Below the pieces are notes generated by a model. That model did no database searches and was not told where the DNA came from. It was given only the letters and a program-made list of their open reading frames with translations. The translations under genes were made by a program, and so were the position numbers. Shown here one piece after another: positions 37,938-51,294 of a DNA stretch of 64,000 nucleotides (positions are counted from its first letter, which is position 1; each line of letters begins with the position of its first letter). Source of the DNA: a virus; IMG/VR virus record IMGVR_UViG_3300027747_002638, one strand, 5' to 3'.

Positions 37938-40254
37938 ACATCCAATATAATCTAAACTTAAACTTTGTCAATCTCTGTTTAAGAAAATATTTAAAATATA
38001 TACTACTAAGATAACACCAAAAATATAATAGTAATTCATTATTTGATTATCCCTTATTTGCAACTAATCTACTAATTCTAGCTTTTTCTAGCAAGGCTTC
38101 TAGACGCTCAACCTGCTCCTCGTACCCATATTGTTGCCTATGCTTAAGGTACGATATCTGATCAACAATAGCATCTTGAATTAATTCCCAATCTTCTCTT
38201 TTAAAATTTTCATCTGTATATTGGCTCATAGATCTAATATAACCTTTATTTATTATTTGTCAATTCGATTTACTAAACATATTTAATTATTATTTGATCT
38301 TCTTTTATTCTTTCTACCCATTGAATTCCATATTCATCTTCTACAAAATACTTATTTTTGTCAAGTTGATTAATAATTTTAACTTCACAAGACAATCCAT
38401 TATGGTAATATATGATAGCTTTTTTAATTTCATTCACTTGTTTGCTTCTAGTTTATGTAATATGTTCATTATTATTTCAGAATGTTCGGGTAACAAATTG
38501 CCACTATACTTATTTAGAGTTTTATGAATCACATTATTTTTAAATGTTTTTAGAATATACCAGTCAAACTCATAACCCATATTTAAACTATCCCATTCAG
38601 TTTTTAAGCAATAATAAAGATAAGATAGCTCGTTCTCATCTAATGCTGTTATTTGATTAGTATCTATCATCTTGCTGGACGAATGTATCCACCATTCTTA
38701 AATAGATCTCTCTCTTGTGCTTTAATTAATTCTATGATAGAATTTGGATCTTCTGTTTCGCATTTGGAATAAGTTACATTATCTATATCTGTTATACCAT
38801 AGAATTTAACTTCCTCTGAATAAACATTATTTATAAATACTACAATAGTAAATAAAGTGGTTTTCAGCAGAGAAAGGAATCTGCTAGGATAACCACCAAC
38901 CTTGCTTCCTTGGGTCACGGCTTCCAAAGTATTCTTATTGTAACTATTATTTAACATAATGTCAATTATAAATCTAAATTAATTCAAAATCAACCAAAAT
39001 ATTCTAAATCTAACCTAGCCTTCTTATTTAGTTTAAAGCCAAGTAGTTTCATTATTTCTTTATTTGATATTATCTTACTAATATTTTCTTTATATATAGT
39101 ATCTCTATCTACTGCTATTAAGTCCCAATCCTTTATTAAGTAATCATATTCAGTATCTATTACTTTAGTAGCAATAAAACTTGGGCTATATTTAATAATA
39201 ATATACTTATTTTTAGTTTCTGTTGTTATTATTCTATCAATTTCTCCGTGGCTTATATTATTTATACTAATTATAGTTATCTTATTTAAAGCATTAAAAG
39301 CATCAATATCAATAATAGCCCAATTATCTATTATTTTGCTAGGATTCTTTACTTTATCATAGTATAACTCTAATTTTTCCTCTAGTGATTTGAATTTCAT
39401 TAGCTATTAGCTTATTATACATACTATATAGATAAAAAAAGATATATTTTATATTTATTTGTTATTGACTATTGGAATATTATATGTATTATAGTCCACC
39501 AAACCTATTTCATTCTTTTATACTTATTTCTATTCTTCTCTATGTCTTTTAGTATTATCTCTAGAGTATTTCTTAAAAACAAGATTATATATAATGTTCC
39601 TAATAAAGCTAATAACACTATAAAGTATAACATACCTAGTAACAGATAAAAAGGCTTGAATATATACCCTTTTATATCAAATTGCATACCTAAACAAGAC
39701 ATAATCTTACTTTTCACCCCTCTTTTTAATATACTGCCTTATAGCTTTTACTTCAAGAAGAATAAAGCAGTTCAAAACAAATAGTGTCAAAAAACTGCAT
39801 AAGAATATTACAAGATCAAGGCTAATATCGAGGTTTAGTTCAGTATAGGCCATATTATCATTAACTATAAGAAACATATTATTAGGCTTTTTTAGATATT
39901 AAATAAACAAACCAGAATACCAAAGAAAAAGCTAGTAATGGAACGATTAAACTCAAGAAACTCCAATTCATTTAATTTTTGTGCTAATATCTTCTACAAA
40001 GTGAACCAATGATTCTGGCAATACATATACCACTTGTTTTTTGCGACCACCAACATCTTCCTCAACTTCTACCATATATCTATCTTGAGGCAATACTCCA
40101 ACAATCTTACCATAGTATTGAACCTTTTCTGCACTTTGAAACATTACTTCTTTGAACATATTTTTAGCCATAACATCTATTTTTGCATCTTCATTTACGC
40201 TAGAATCAGCTACTTGAGGATACTTTGCATCGTAATTTAATGGGTTAGCGTTAT

Positions 40255-40590
40255 TCATCTTTTATCTCCACTTCCTTTTATTTTACCTCTTTTTAATCTA
40301 TCTGCAAGTTTAATTATATTATTTCCTGCAATATCTTCAAGATTCATACCAAGTTCATCTGCTAAACTCGCACAATACCAAAGCACATCACCAAGTTCAT
40401 CAGCAATACTAGCTTTAGCGTCTTTTGAGAGATTTCCATTGTTATCTCTCATTACCTTCTTAACTTTATTAGCAATCTCCCCAGCTTCACCAACAAGCCC
40501 TAAAGTAGTATAGTATAACCCATCACCCGCTAAATCTCTTGGATAAAAAGCAGTTCTACTAGCATTGGTCTGAAAATTATTAAAGGTCAT
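40255..40590 (-). CDS. MazG-like nucleotide pyrophosphohydrolase
   Basis: LGLVGEAGEIANKVKK...DELGDVLWY...GSGDKR. Confidence 0.88.
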   Translation of the reverse strand: MTFNNFQTNASRTAFYPRDLAGDGLYYTTLGLVGEAGEIANKVKKVMRDNNGNLSKDAKASIADELGDVLWYCASLADELGMNLEDIAGNNIIKLADRLKRGKIKGSGDKR

Positions 40591-41365
40591 TTCTTTTTAC
40601 TTTTAACCTTTTTAGCCTCGCCCAAGCCTCTAATAAGTGCATAGTTAAAGCCAATATTAATAAATTGCTCATCAGTAATAACAGATTTGCCTAGATTAAG
40701 AAAATAGTTATGAGTTATATTATCCATATCTACTTTAGATTCATAAACGCTTTTTTTTACAAATCTGCCAACTTTTAATGAAGATTTTTTGCTCATTTAC
40801 CCTTTATAAATCTATTATATAACTTTGTAAAGATATTTTTTGATTTTCTTTTTTTAGAGAAATGTTTTGATAGTTTATTTATTCTAGCTATACCAACAAA
40901 AGGTCTTTTTTTCATTTTAACAACCTTGGCATCCAACAAAATCGCAATCACACTTTCTTTCGTTTGATCTCTTAGCTTCGTTATCGTCCCATTCCATTTC
41001 TTCTCTATATTCTTCAATTTCTTTGATAGTATCATCTGCTGGTAAATGTTCAAAAAGTAAATCAATTAAATCTGCGACTGACGCATTATTATACAAATCA
41101 TAGATATACTCTTGCTCATCCTCTGAACAAGTCTTGAGGAAGTCTTTGGTATTCTTAAACTTTTTCATCTTCATCTTCTTTTTCATAATCTATTACTCCT
41201 ATTTCATCAAATACATATCCACATCCTTTGAGGAAATCTCTTAATTTGTCACAAATTTCACCAATAGTTGTTGCATTAAAACTAATCTTATGATTTGTTT
41301 CTCTGCCAATTTCATCAGCATATTCATATTGAAAGGTATATTTATCTTTTTTAATTTTTTTCATT

Positions 41366-41929
41366 TTAGGAACACTTTCTAAAGTTTCTCTTGACAACTT
41401 CCTCACCTTTCATATCGAATTGCTCTAACTCTCTTTCTTTTCTCCACTCTGCTAATTCTTCTTTTGCTCCATTAAATTCAGCCCAATCGTTTAATTCTGC
41501 ATCAGTCATAAATTGTTCATCTTCTTCTCTTGTAACGCATCCGTGAGCATCGTTCTCTGCTTCATCTGCATAACTTTCAAGAATATGCTCGGAGCTTGAG
41601 CCGTGTTTGTTGCTAATATCATCTGTGATAGTATAGATTGTTACCTTGTGTCTCTTGCCACTTTTAAATTCTGCCAATTTCTTTTGCTGTTCTTTCTTAC
41701 TTTTCTTTTCTAGTTTCTCAAGACAAACCAAATCTTTTCTATATTTATTTACAATTTGCTCAAGATCATTATAATAAGCTCTATTCTGAAAGATAAGCTC
41801 AATCAAATCCATCTTACTCATCTCAACATAATTACGAGCAACAATTTCTTGCTCGTCTTGATTAAGACTTTTGAAAAACTTTAGTGCGTTCTTAAACTTC
41901 TTTTTGCTCATATATTCAATATACTGCAA
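41366..41929 (-). CDS. Hypothetical protein
   Basis: 187 aa; N-terminal part resembles 40917-41186 (KKFKN...DEQE...DLIxLxF). Confidence 0.6.
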   Translation of the reverse strand: MQYIEYMSKKKFKNALKFFKSLNQDEQEIVARNYVEMSKMDLIELIFQNRAYYNDLEQIVNKYRKDLVCLEKLEKKSKKEQQKKLAEFKSGKRHKVTIYTITDDISNKHGSSSEHILESYADEAENDAHGCVTREEDEQFMTDAELNDWAEFNGAKEELAEWRKERELEQFDMKGEEVVKRNFRKCS

Positions 41930-43742
41930 ACTTAAAAATTGTCAATATGTAGCACCAAAAATATTTACTTGAGCATTAGGATTTCTACGGCCATCTGGAC
42001 TATCCATCATATTATATTTTGTAGGATAATCTTGAGCATCTTCGCTCATACCATCTGGAATAGTCTTATACGAAACATTTGCACAACCAACAAAGAAAAA
42101 TGTCATAAGAATCCAAGCTAATACAATAAGCATAAAAGCTATTACTTTAATTGGTTTAAAAGTCATTTCTTAAAGTTACGCTTTCTATAAGTAATTGAGC
42201 TTCACGATTTTGAATGACTTCTTTTACTGACAATCTTTCATTCGCCATTGGAGAATGATTAAAAATGAATGTTAAACAAAAAATTTCTATTGGAGTCCAC
42301 ATAAAATTATAATAGGATAGTGGGCTTGAACCATCTATCCTACTATTAGATTACTTGGCCGATACAGAAACTACCGAACCACCAGTCTTGTTGGCAAATC
42401 GCTTACTAGCGATCTTTGCACCACGGAGAGTTGGGTAACTCTTGGGGGCAACAACAAGCTGACCAGTCGTAGCTTTGACTTGCCAAGTATATTGCGTTTG
42501 GGTTGTATTCATAATGTTAATATTAGTATATATTTGAGATAATGTCAATATATTATTTCTTATTTTTAAACTTTTCTTCTTTGGGTTGTTCAACGGCATC
42601 TTCTTTATTATAAATTGCTTTCTTGGGTCTACCCATATTTGTCATCTTCATATCTTTGCCACGCTTTAGATTACCCCAAGGATTCATACCAGAGTTCTTT
42701 AGGTTAGCTTGGAAGGCTCTGATTTCTTTTAGTTCTTGTTTTGTTAATGCCATAGTTAGTATATACTAACCGAATTTATTTTTTAGATCAAGAATTATTT
42801 TCTACAACTACAACCAGAACAACCGCAACCCAATTTTAGATTCAACAACCACTTAAACGCTTTTTTTAGCTTTTTTAACACTTTTCTTTTTAGCTTTCTT
42901 TTTCTTTGGCTTAACTTCTACTTCTTCATCTTCCCAACTAGCTGAAACTTCATTATCATTGTATTCGCCAATAAAAGGGGCATCTTCTTTTTCTAATTTC
43001 GCTAATTCTCTGGCAGTTTGCCATTCAAAAAACTTATCTTCAATTTTAAAACGAACATCCCAATAAAGATTGATTAGCCAGTTCATAGGCGAACCCCACA
43101 AGCTCCACCTAAAATAAAACAAACTGAAAGAATTAAAATTTCCATAATATTACTCTATTTACCATTACACTTTGTTTTTAGGCTTTTCCTTAATATTTTT
43201 ATTATAGGCTAAAACATCATCCAAATATTTATTTAACATATTACTGCAAGTTCTTTCTTTTTCGGGGTCTTTACTATAATAGGATTTCTCAAGAGCAAGT
43301 AATTGATCTCGCCAATGATTTAGACTAGCTAAATGTTCTGTTAAAAATTCAATTTTAGATTTTTTGGGTGGCATTTTTTACCTCTATTTTCCATTCTTCT
43401 ATAATTTTTCCAGAATCCTCATAATCATAATTAGGATTGCTTCTTAAAAGATAAAAGGTTTTATCGCTTGAGTCAATTTTATTAATAATATTCATATAGC
43501 CTTCTTTTAATAACTTTTTATTTAAATAATAAAAACTTTTCATATATGGTTTAGACATATTATCTTTACTCATAATACTTTGAGTTAATAAATAGCCATT
43601 TTTTTCATCTTTTTGACAAAGTATAATACTCTTATATATATCATTACCATACATATTAGAGAATTGCTTTGGTAGACCTAAATTAATAATACAATTATGA
43701 TGATAAATAGCAAAAAAACTAATACTATCATCAATAATCATT

Positions 43743-44210
43743 TTAATAAATTGCAACTTTAACTACTTTAGGATTGTTATTTACAAATCTCATAGCTTCT
43801 TTTTCAGTCATAAAGAAAATATCAACAACTGGATATTGTCCGTGACTAGCTTTCTTTTTGATAACATCTGTGCCAGTATCGTGAGCAAATCTAAATCCAA
43901 GATTAGGAATGTAAAGTTTTGAGAAGTAAGGAATAATTCTAGGGTCTACTGCAACGCTTCTATTAGGTTTAAGGGTCGCACCAGTCGAGCTTTGTCTCCT
44001 TGCACTCCAAGAATCTGTTCCAGAACCTTTTGCCCAATATGCAGTTAAGCGAACCTTGATCTCTTTCTTCGCAGTATTAGCCTTAATAAAATCATCAACC
44101 ATCTTATCTTTATTAAAGATAATAGGTTTCTTTGAAGCTGATGTTATTTCGCTCTTGAATAATATACAAGAGGCTAACAACAAAACGGATATTCTACATA
44201 GTATTTTCAT
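43743..44210 (-). CDS. 3D-domain (MltA-type) cell wall protein
   Basis: LTAY...STG...VAVDPRIIPY...AHDTG..IK...VDIF; N-terminal signal. Confidence 0.8.
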   Translation of the reverse strand: MKILCRISVLLLASCILFKSEITSASKKPIIFNKDKMVDDFIKANTAKKEIKVRLTAYWAKGSGTDSWSARRQSSTGATLKPNRSVAVDPRIIPYFSKLYIPNLGFRFAHDTGTDVIKKKASHGQYPVVDIFFMTEKEAMRFVNNNPKVVKVAIY

Positions 44211-44826
44211 AACTTGTCCTCGACTTATTTAAGATTAATTTAAATTGATTAAAATGTCAAGCTAGATTAACTTCTTCTAGCGACTAGATAATTCCTTATG
44301 ATTAATAGACTTCATAGTAATATAAGTTACACTCATAGGGTATTTTACGCCCTATGAATGTATCCTATAATAGAATTACTTTGTAAGAAGATCAGAAACT
44401 CGGAGCTTGCTGGTCAATTTACGCTTGTCAAAGGAACGCCAATGACGAGTATGCTGATTGACTTTATCAAGAACCTTTGCTTCACTAATGGTAAATGTGC
44501 CGTTAGTGTTGTCTGTCATTTTAACAAAGTATGTTTTGGGTCTGTTTGCCATAATGATTGATATTAGTATATTTATTGAATAATGTCAAATATTTTTTGA
44601 ATCTTCTTTAACTTGAATGTATTTTTTATTAGTATTTTCACAGAATATACAAAAGTTGTCAAAATCAAAAACTAATATATAGTCATTCATTGTTGCGTCT
44701 GGACGCACTTCTTCCCAAGTGAAATTAGTTTTAAGACCGAATGACTTTTTCATTTTACCTAATATATAGGTTACTTTATATATGGGGAGTTGTCAAACAT
44801 ATTTTATATTACATAAATAACTTTGT

Positions 44827-45240
44827 CTAGTTTTTATTTATATTGTATTGAATAAAATTGGCTTGACTATCTGTATGATAAACATTTTTAAAATTTAATT
44901 GTTTAATCATATCCGAGCATCCGTGACAAGGAGCAGAATGATCTAGAGCATTATTTCTATTGATTCTAGTATTAACAAGAGTTAATCTAGAACAATCCTC
45001 TATACCTAATTTGATAACAGCATTTAATTCGCTATGAGTTCCAACAATATCACTAATCTTTTCTTTATTTTTATTTATATAATTATATTTTAAATTCATT
45101 GGATGGGTTTTTATGGAGTTCATTCCAATGCTAATAATACGATTGCGGTCAAGAATAAAAGAAAAATGTCTACATCTTAAATCTGCATTATGCTTATTGA
45201 TTAAGGCATAAGTAACCTCAATAATCTTATTGAAGTTCAT
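44827..45240 (-). CDS. Cytidine/dCMP deaminase-like zinc protein
   Basis: HSELNA...SAPCHGC. Confidence 0.75.
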   Translation of the reverse strand: MNFNKIIEVTYALINKHNADLRCRHFSFILDRNRIISIGMNSIKTHPMNLKYNYINKNKEKISDIVGTHSELNAVIKLGIEDCSRLTLVNTRINRNNALDHSAPCHGCSDMIKQLNFKNVYHTDSQANFIQYNINKN

Positions 45241-45241
45241 A

Positions 45242-45571
45242 CTAATCTTTTTTATCTAAATCTTCGTATTGTTTTTCAACTTCATCTGCTTCTTTGTCTA
45301 AATCTGCTTGTATTTCTTTTAAATAACTATCAATCTTATCTAGGTCTGGAGTTTTTGGGCTATAAAAATTGCTAATATAGTTTGTATTAGTATTTCCAAA
45401 AAGAATCCTAGCTATTAAATGAATCCCAAATCCTTGAAGGATAGATAGATGAACAAAAGTAATTGGCTCAAAAAGATAATTCCAAACCAAAGTTACAATC
45501 GTGCCATAGATAAGGCCAAAGAAAATATAAGTCGTAAGAAGATCGAGTATGTCAAGTTTAGGTAATTTCAT
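45242..45571 (-). CDS. Membrane protein
   Basis: Two TM segments with WNYLF motif. Confidence 0.6.
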   Translation of the reverse strand: MKLPKLDILDLLTTYIFFGLIYGTIVTLVWNYLFEPITFVHLSILQGFGIHLIARILFGNTNTNYISNFYSPKTPDLDKIDSYLKEIQADLDKEADEVEKQYEDLDKKD

Positions 45572-45912
45572 TACGATAAAGTATTTATAAACATTGGAGT
45601 AAATTCTCCAACATAAGAACCTCTTACATTAAATTCAAAATAATCAATAGCATCGCCCATAGCATCTTCTTCATCTTTAAATTGTTCTGCAAGAATATCC
45701 AAGCATTTCTCAATAGAATAAATTGCTACTGGATTTCCCTCTGCATTATCACCAACTCCAATAAAAGCATCATCAAAACCATCTGCAAGAAGAATCTTGT
45801 CAGAGTAATCTGAATAGCCTACTTCAATAAAGTCCACGATCTTTTGATTATGTCTGCTTAATTTCATAATTGCTAATGTATATGGTGTCCTCTTAACCTT
45901 ACTTATACTCAC
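45571..45912 (-). CDS. Conserved hypothetical phage protein
   Basis: ADGFDDAFIG...AIDYFEFNVRGSYVGEFTP. Confidence 0.7.
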   Translation of the reverse strand: MSISKVKRTPYTLAIMKLSRHNQKIVDFIEVGYSDYSDKILLADGFDDAFIGVGDNAEGNPVAIYSIEKCLDILAEQFKDEEDAMGDAIDYFEFNVRGSYVGEFTPMFINTLS

Positions 45913-47484
45913 ATTTTAACTTACACGCAAGTATTATTTTCAAAATTTACTTAATTTGTTTGGTAATCTCTTTTACTAGCTTATCTGCTTGGTCTATTTC
46001 TTTCCAAGTGATGCCAGAGATATGAGTATTATTTCTATTGTGCCACTCAATCAATTCTATGATATTTTTCTTTAAGTCTTGGTTTTGCATATTATCCCAA
46101 AAAGTTTTTAAGATATTCATTTGCCTCATCTTCTTGCTTTATTAGATACTTAAATTTAATATAAAATTCATTTAGATCAAAAGCTAAACTTGCTGAAAGC
46201 GAAGTATTAGCTAATTTTGTTTCATACCAATCTACAAATTGTCTGATCGTGCGAATGGTTTTGACTTCTTCTTCCATAATCTATATACTAATTTAAATTT
46301 ATTTTTTCTTCAACTTTAATTTTGCGTGATCTGCAAATAAATTTGGATTGTCTTTGTAAAGTATTTCTAATGATATTTTTGCAAAAGCTCTTAACTCTTT
46401 TTCGTCTTTAATAGCATCAATGATCTTTTTAGCCATTAAAGCAAAAGTCTTTTCTTCTTTTTCTAAACCTTTTTCTATTCGTGATTTTTCTACTTTTTTC
46501 TTACCCATAATTCTAATTACACATTAGAATTTAAATTCAAACTGCTCTGCTATATATTTTGGGTTAGTTTCATACTTTTCAGAGTATAATTGACAAAGTT
46601 GGAAGTCTGTTAGATTATTTAAATAGCCAAGAATCCTATCTACAAGAGATACTGGATGTTCTTTAAGATATGCTCTCTTTAAGTCTGATAAGATTTTTGA
46701 TCTTGGGTTAGTCATTTTCTTTGTCCAATAAAAACTCTGGTATCATATCCTCTGTTGCGTTTTTATCCTCGACAACATCAATCCAATCCGTAATATTACC
46801 ATACTTAACACCTTGCATCAAATCTTCATAAAGAGATTCAATAGCGTGTTTAACCATATCTTCATTATCCATATCTACGATATAGTTTATATCTAAAGTA
46901 ACTCGTCCTAGTTTCATTTTGCGTTTTTATACTCCATTATAAATTGACTAGCTTCTTCAAGAGCATTAACGAAGTGCATTGTTCTGCAATCTTGAGGACA
47001 ATCCTCATCAGCTTGATTAACAAGCTCCTCTAGAATTTTAATTGCTTTTTCCATTTCTTGATTATGCTTCATTTTAGTTTAATGTCAATTAAAACCTAAT
47101 GATGGTCTTTCTTTTTCGCTAAACAATTCTATAATACGAATATTGCTTATCAAGTGCCAATCATTATTGATCTTAATACATTTCTCTGATGGAGAAATCT
47201 CTGATACCTTTCCCTCTTGAATTGCGTATCTATTAATAGGAAAGTTAAGATAAAGAATCTTGCGATCAATTAAATCTTTTAATTTCATTCTTGTGGAGTC
47301 TCATTTCTAAAATCAAAATCATTAAAATAAACATCTATCTTGTCTACTAATTTGTAATACTTATCAGTAGCATCGTGAGATATTGAAATTTCATCTAGGA
47401 AATCTTTATTAGATAACAAATCTCCAAGTATTCCCATAGCTAACTCAATCTCTCCATCAGTAAAATAAGATGACGCTTTCATTA

Positions 47485-48162
47485 TTAAAATGGCTTGAGA
47501 ACATATCCCCAATAATCGCTATCAGCTTGCTTTTGAATATCGTCCCACATAAGACAACGAACAATATAAGATGGCACACCTAACTTATCGCAATTATCAA
47601 TCCAATGTTTCTCCATCGCTTTATATTTCATCGCACCAACCTTTGACTTGGTATATTTTAAATTCTCCATACCATAAAAGCGAAGATGGTGAACATCACC
47701 ACATACAACTTTAGTATGATTAGGATTAATCATTTCAAGAGCGAAGCTAACTTTAGCATAGCTCAATCCACGAATACGCTCAACAAGACTATCACGAACC
47801 TTGACATAATGCTTCTTGTTATAGCAAACAAAGTCTTTGGGATTATGCCAGAAATCTTTTGCAAAGTCCCAAATATAATCTGTCCTTTCATTCTGACAAC
47901 CAACGCCAGAACGAGTAAGACGCTTTAACAATTCCTTGCGATTATATCTCCAATAAATAAAGTCACGAATAGCAAGATAACCTTTGATGTTCCCTTCCCA
48001 AGTAGTATGAACCGAGCAGAAAGCGAAAAGATAACGCCTAAAAATATCTTCATTGGTCAAAGGTTTAAGGGTTTCCCAATACTGCTTGTAGGCTTCTACC
48101 TTGTGGCTATGAAGCTCATTAAAGCTGGCGAAAAACTGATCTGGTTTAGTTGTATCCATCAC
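47485..48162 (-). CDS. HhH DNA glycosylase-like protein (8-oxoG/OGG-type)
   Basis: LVERIRGLSYAKVSFAL HhH motif followed by CGDVHHLR. Confidence 0.65.
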   Translation of the reverse strand: MMDTTKPDQFFASFNELHSHKVEAYKQYWETLKPLTNEDIFRRYLFAFCSVHTTWEGNIKGYLAIRDFIYWRYNRKELLKRLTRSGVGCQNERTDYIWDFAKDFWHNPKDFVCYNKKHYVKVRDSLVERIRGLSYAKVSFALEMINPNHTKVVCGDVHHLRFYGMENLKYTKSKVGAMKYKAMEKHWIDNCDKLGVPSYIVRCLMWDDIQKQADSDYWGYVLKPF

Positions 48163-49336
48163 TCAAATATAATTTAAATTTAATTTAAGTCAAAGAGTTA
48201 ATTGTTCTTACCATCATTTTCCATCCAATTCCTTGCGTGATAAGGACTTGGAAAAGTTTTTAATAGTTTAGCGTCAATTAAATCAACACTAGGGTAATTA
48301 TCTTTACGAGTTTCTTCGTAAGCTCCCCATAATTCAAGGTCATTTCCAAATTCATCTTCTAATTGTTTTATGTATCTAATTACTTTCATAATACAACAAT
48401 ATTAATCTTTGCGTTTAGTTTATAAACTCGATTGCCCTGCTTTTCATCGGGGTCATTAATCGTATTACGCTTTTTAGCTGAAAAGTCATAAGCCTTACCA
48501 TCTCCTAAATCTAAGATATTTACGCTTGTAGTATTAGGAACTTTAATCTTCATATAAATTGAGTGATTGCCTCGCTGAACAGATTCGGGGTCAAAGAAAG
48601 AAAAAACCTCTCCTTCTTTAATCTGGTCAAATTCAGTAAGTGCTTCTTTGTCTTGCGATGTTATATTGTATTTCATAAATTAAAATGGTCTAAAGTTATA
48701 CATCCTTTCAGCTATCTTACTTATATTTGTTTTATTTGTCAAACTGAATCCGTATTTTTTCTTAAATTTTGCAAGTTTTTTAGGATTCATATTCTGTTTT
48801 TCAAAATCCCCAACAGAGCTTTCATCAGTCACAAGGTATTCGCCTTTTTTAAAATCAAATAAATCCATTATTTCTTGCACTTGATCTGGATACTTGTCTA
48901 CTACTGCTGAACCAGCAAACTCAATAATTTCACCATCGTATGAAATTAATTTTCCTTTAGTAAAATCGTATCTAGGTTTCATTACCTATTCCATTGAAAC
49001 TCAAAAATCCAACCTAACCAATGAAATCCACATTCAGTAAAGTATTTGCCATTCATATAAAAAAATTTAGGCAACAATTTAAATTGAAATGAATTTAAAA
49101 TATAAAGCCCCATACCTTTAAATGTGATACGATAATAAACTTTACTTACAAAGCAACCTTGAGCTTTCATAGTTTTCTCAAATTCTTCGCTTGTCATTCT
49201 TTTTTTCTTCTTTTTCATCTTCTTCGATAATTTTCCTTGTAATTTTATTAATATCAAGTGATAAATTATATAATGATTGAGATATATCAACCAAACTTCT
49301 TTTAATGTCTAATAGTATTCTGTCGTTGTTCATAAT

Positions 49337-50011
49337 TTAATCCCATAAGTCCTTAAAGTAAAGGCCAAGGAGCATCAATCCATTTCTTTGACGCTCATAG
49401 GCTTTATTTAATTTTGAATAATCTGGTTGAATATTTTCTTTCTTTTCAAATTCAACTAGATATGTTCCATCTTCTTGTTTCTCAAGAAACATTTGACGAT
49501 CTTTAATAGGGTCAAATCCTTTTGGATAAACCTCATAAACTTCTTCTAGACTTACATTAATATCATCTTCATCAACAATAGTTTGGAGTGCAAAGATAAT
49601 TTCATCTAAAACATATTCATATTCTTTTTGATCTAGGGAAATTTCCAAGCCAGTTGTTTTATCAATGTGGCATCCAAGAGTTGTATTAAATACAAAATCA
49701 TCTTCTTTACCAACATAAGGAACAATCTTATCATCAATAATTAAATGGTGACGATTAGCAAGGCTATGATAGTTTTGTCGAAGATGCTTGATTCTTGGAA
49801 GCATAAACTTCGCAGTAGATTGAGGAAGATTCCAGCAATCGCTATCAGAAAAACCTCTAGTTAATTTCTGTGAAATATTTTTTACTTTCCATTTTCCATT
49901 AAGAAAAGTATGATACAAATAATTACATTCAGCAAAAACCCAATTTAAAATTGGATTCTTGTGAAATCTAAAAGATCGCATCAATTCTTCAAATGTTTGT
50001 TTTTGACTCAT
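49337..50011 (-). CDS. Conserved hypothetical phage protein
   Basis: RGFSDSDCWNL...LDEIIFAL...GLMLLGLYFKDLWD. Confidence 0.7.
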   Translation of the reverse strand: MSQKQTFEELMRSFRFHKNPILNWVFAECNYLYHTFLNGKWKVKNISQKLTRGFSDSDCWNLPQSTAKFMLPRIKHLRQNYHSLANRHHLIIDDKIVPYVGKEDDFVFNTTLGCHIDKTTGLEISLDQKEYEYVLDEIIFALQTIVDEDDINVSLEEVYEVYPKGFDPIKDRQMFLEKQEDGTYLVEFEKKENIQPDYSKLNKAYERQRNGLMLLGLYFKDLWD

Positions 50012-51294
50012 ACTTTATTTAAGGTTTCCCTTACTGAATCTAACACTTCTTTAAGGTCTTGTAAAGAGTAAGATTTAAGTCCACCATTAAAACTATAACC
50101 TTCATTATCTTTATCGAAAGTAACCATTAGTTTAGTTTCAGCAAAAGTATAATTCGTTCCACCCCAAGATGTTCCTTGAGCTTCTTTTCCATAAAAGTAT
50201 GCGGTTGCTGTTGGGTTTTTGCTATTAAGATTATACATACGAATAGTTACTGCTTCACAAGGAAATTTATCCGTAGATGTTTTATTAATAATTTGTTCTT
50301 TTGGAACAATACCTTTGACTCTGCTATTCTTTTCCCAAAATATTTTATGTTTCATAATCCTTGCTCCTTACAATTTTCTTCGTAATCCTTCAAGAATTTA
50401 TATTCTTCCCAACGCCCAGCGTTGGCTAGAATGTTACTTGTAAGCATTACTCGATGTTCTCCCTCATTTTTAATATCTTTTTCATCGTAAGTCAAGGTAA
50501 TAATTCCAAGACCATAATCATCATAATCTATAATCTTTAAATCAACACCTTGCTTTTCTTCATCATCCAAAACGCTTTCGATTGCTCTAGTTGTAGCTTC
50601 TGTATATCTATCATTCTTTTTAATTGAATCTTCTAGATCAACTTTAGCTAACCAATTATGTCCACTTACATAAACATTCATTCTTCATCCTCATCTTCAA
50701 AGTTATAAACCGCTTCATTTTCTTCTGGTGAACGAAACCAAAGATAAGTGTGATCGTTTTTTTGTTGAGCTTCGATAAATTCAAGATTGCAATTTTGTAA
50801 TCTTTCCTTTACAATATCTATGAAATGATTACCAACTTTGATAAACAAACTCTCATCACCAGCAATCCATTCATAGGATTCGCCAAATTCCTCTGCAATC
50901 ATTTTAATTTTAGGATGTAATGTCATAGTTGCTTAAGATCAATCTTTTCGACTTCTTCCTCTTGAGTTGAAACTTTACCACGAATTTCAGCTAATAGATT
51001 TACTACTGAATCCAAATCATATTCGCTAGAATCGGTTGTATCAAAATCAATTATCTCTTGAAGATAATTAATATCCTCAATTATCAAATCAATCTTATCA
51101 ATTATTTTTTTGTTCATTTTGTGACATCTCCATTTTTAGATTATCTAACTCTTTCTCATTTAAGTCAAGAGCAGAAGGGTGAATTGTTAGTGTCATATCT
51201 AGATGAGGCACAAAACAATAAAACATTTTGATTTTGCTATCATAGCTTAATACTTCCATAGAAGTTCCCTTTGTAGTTTTTACTTTGTGATTTT

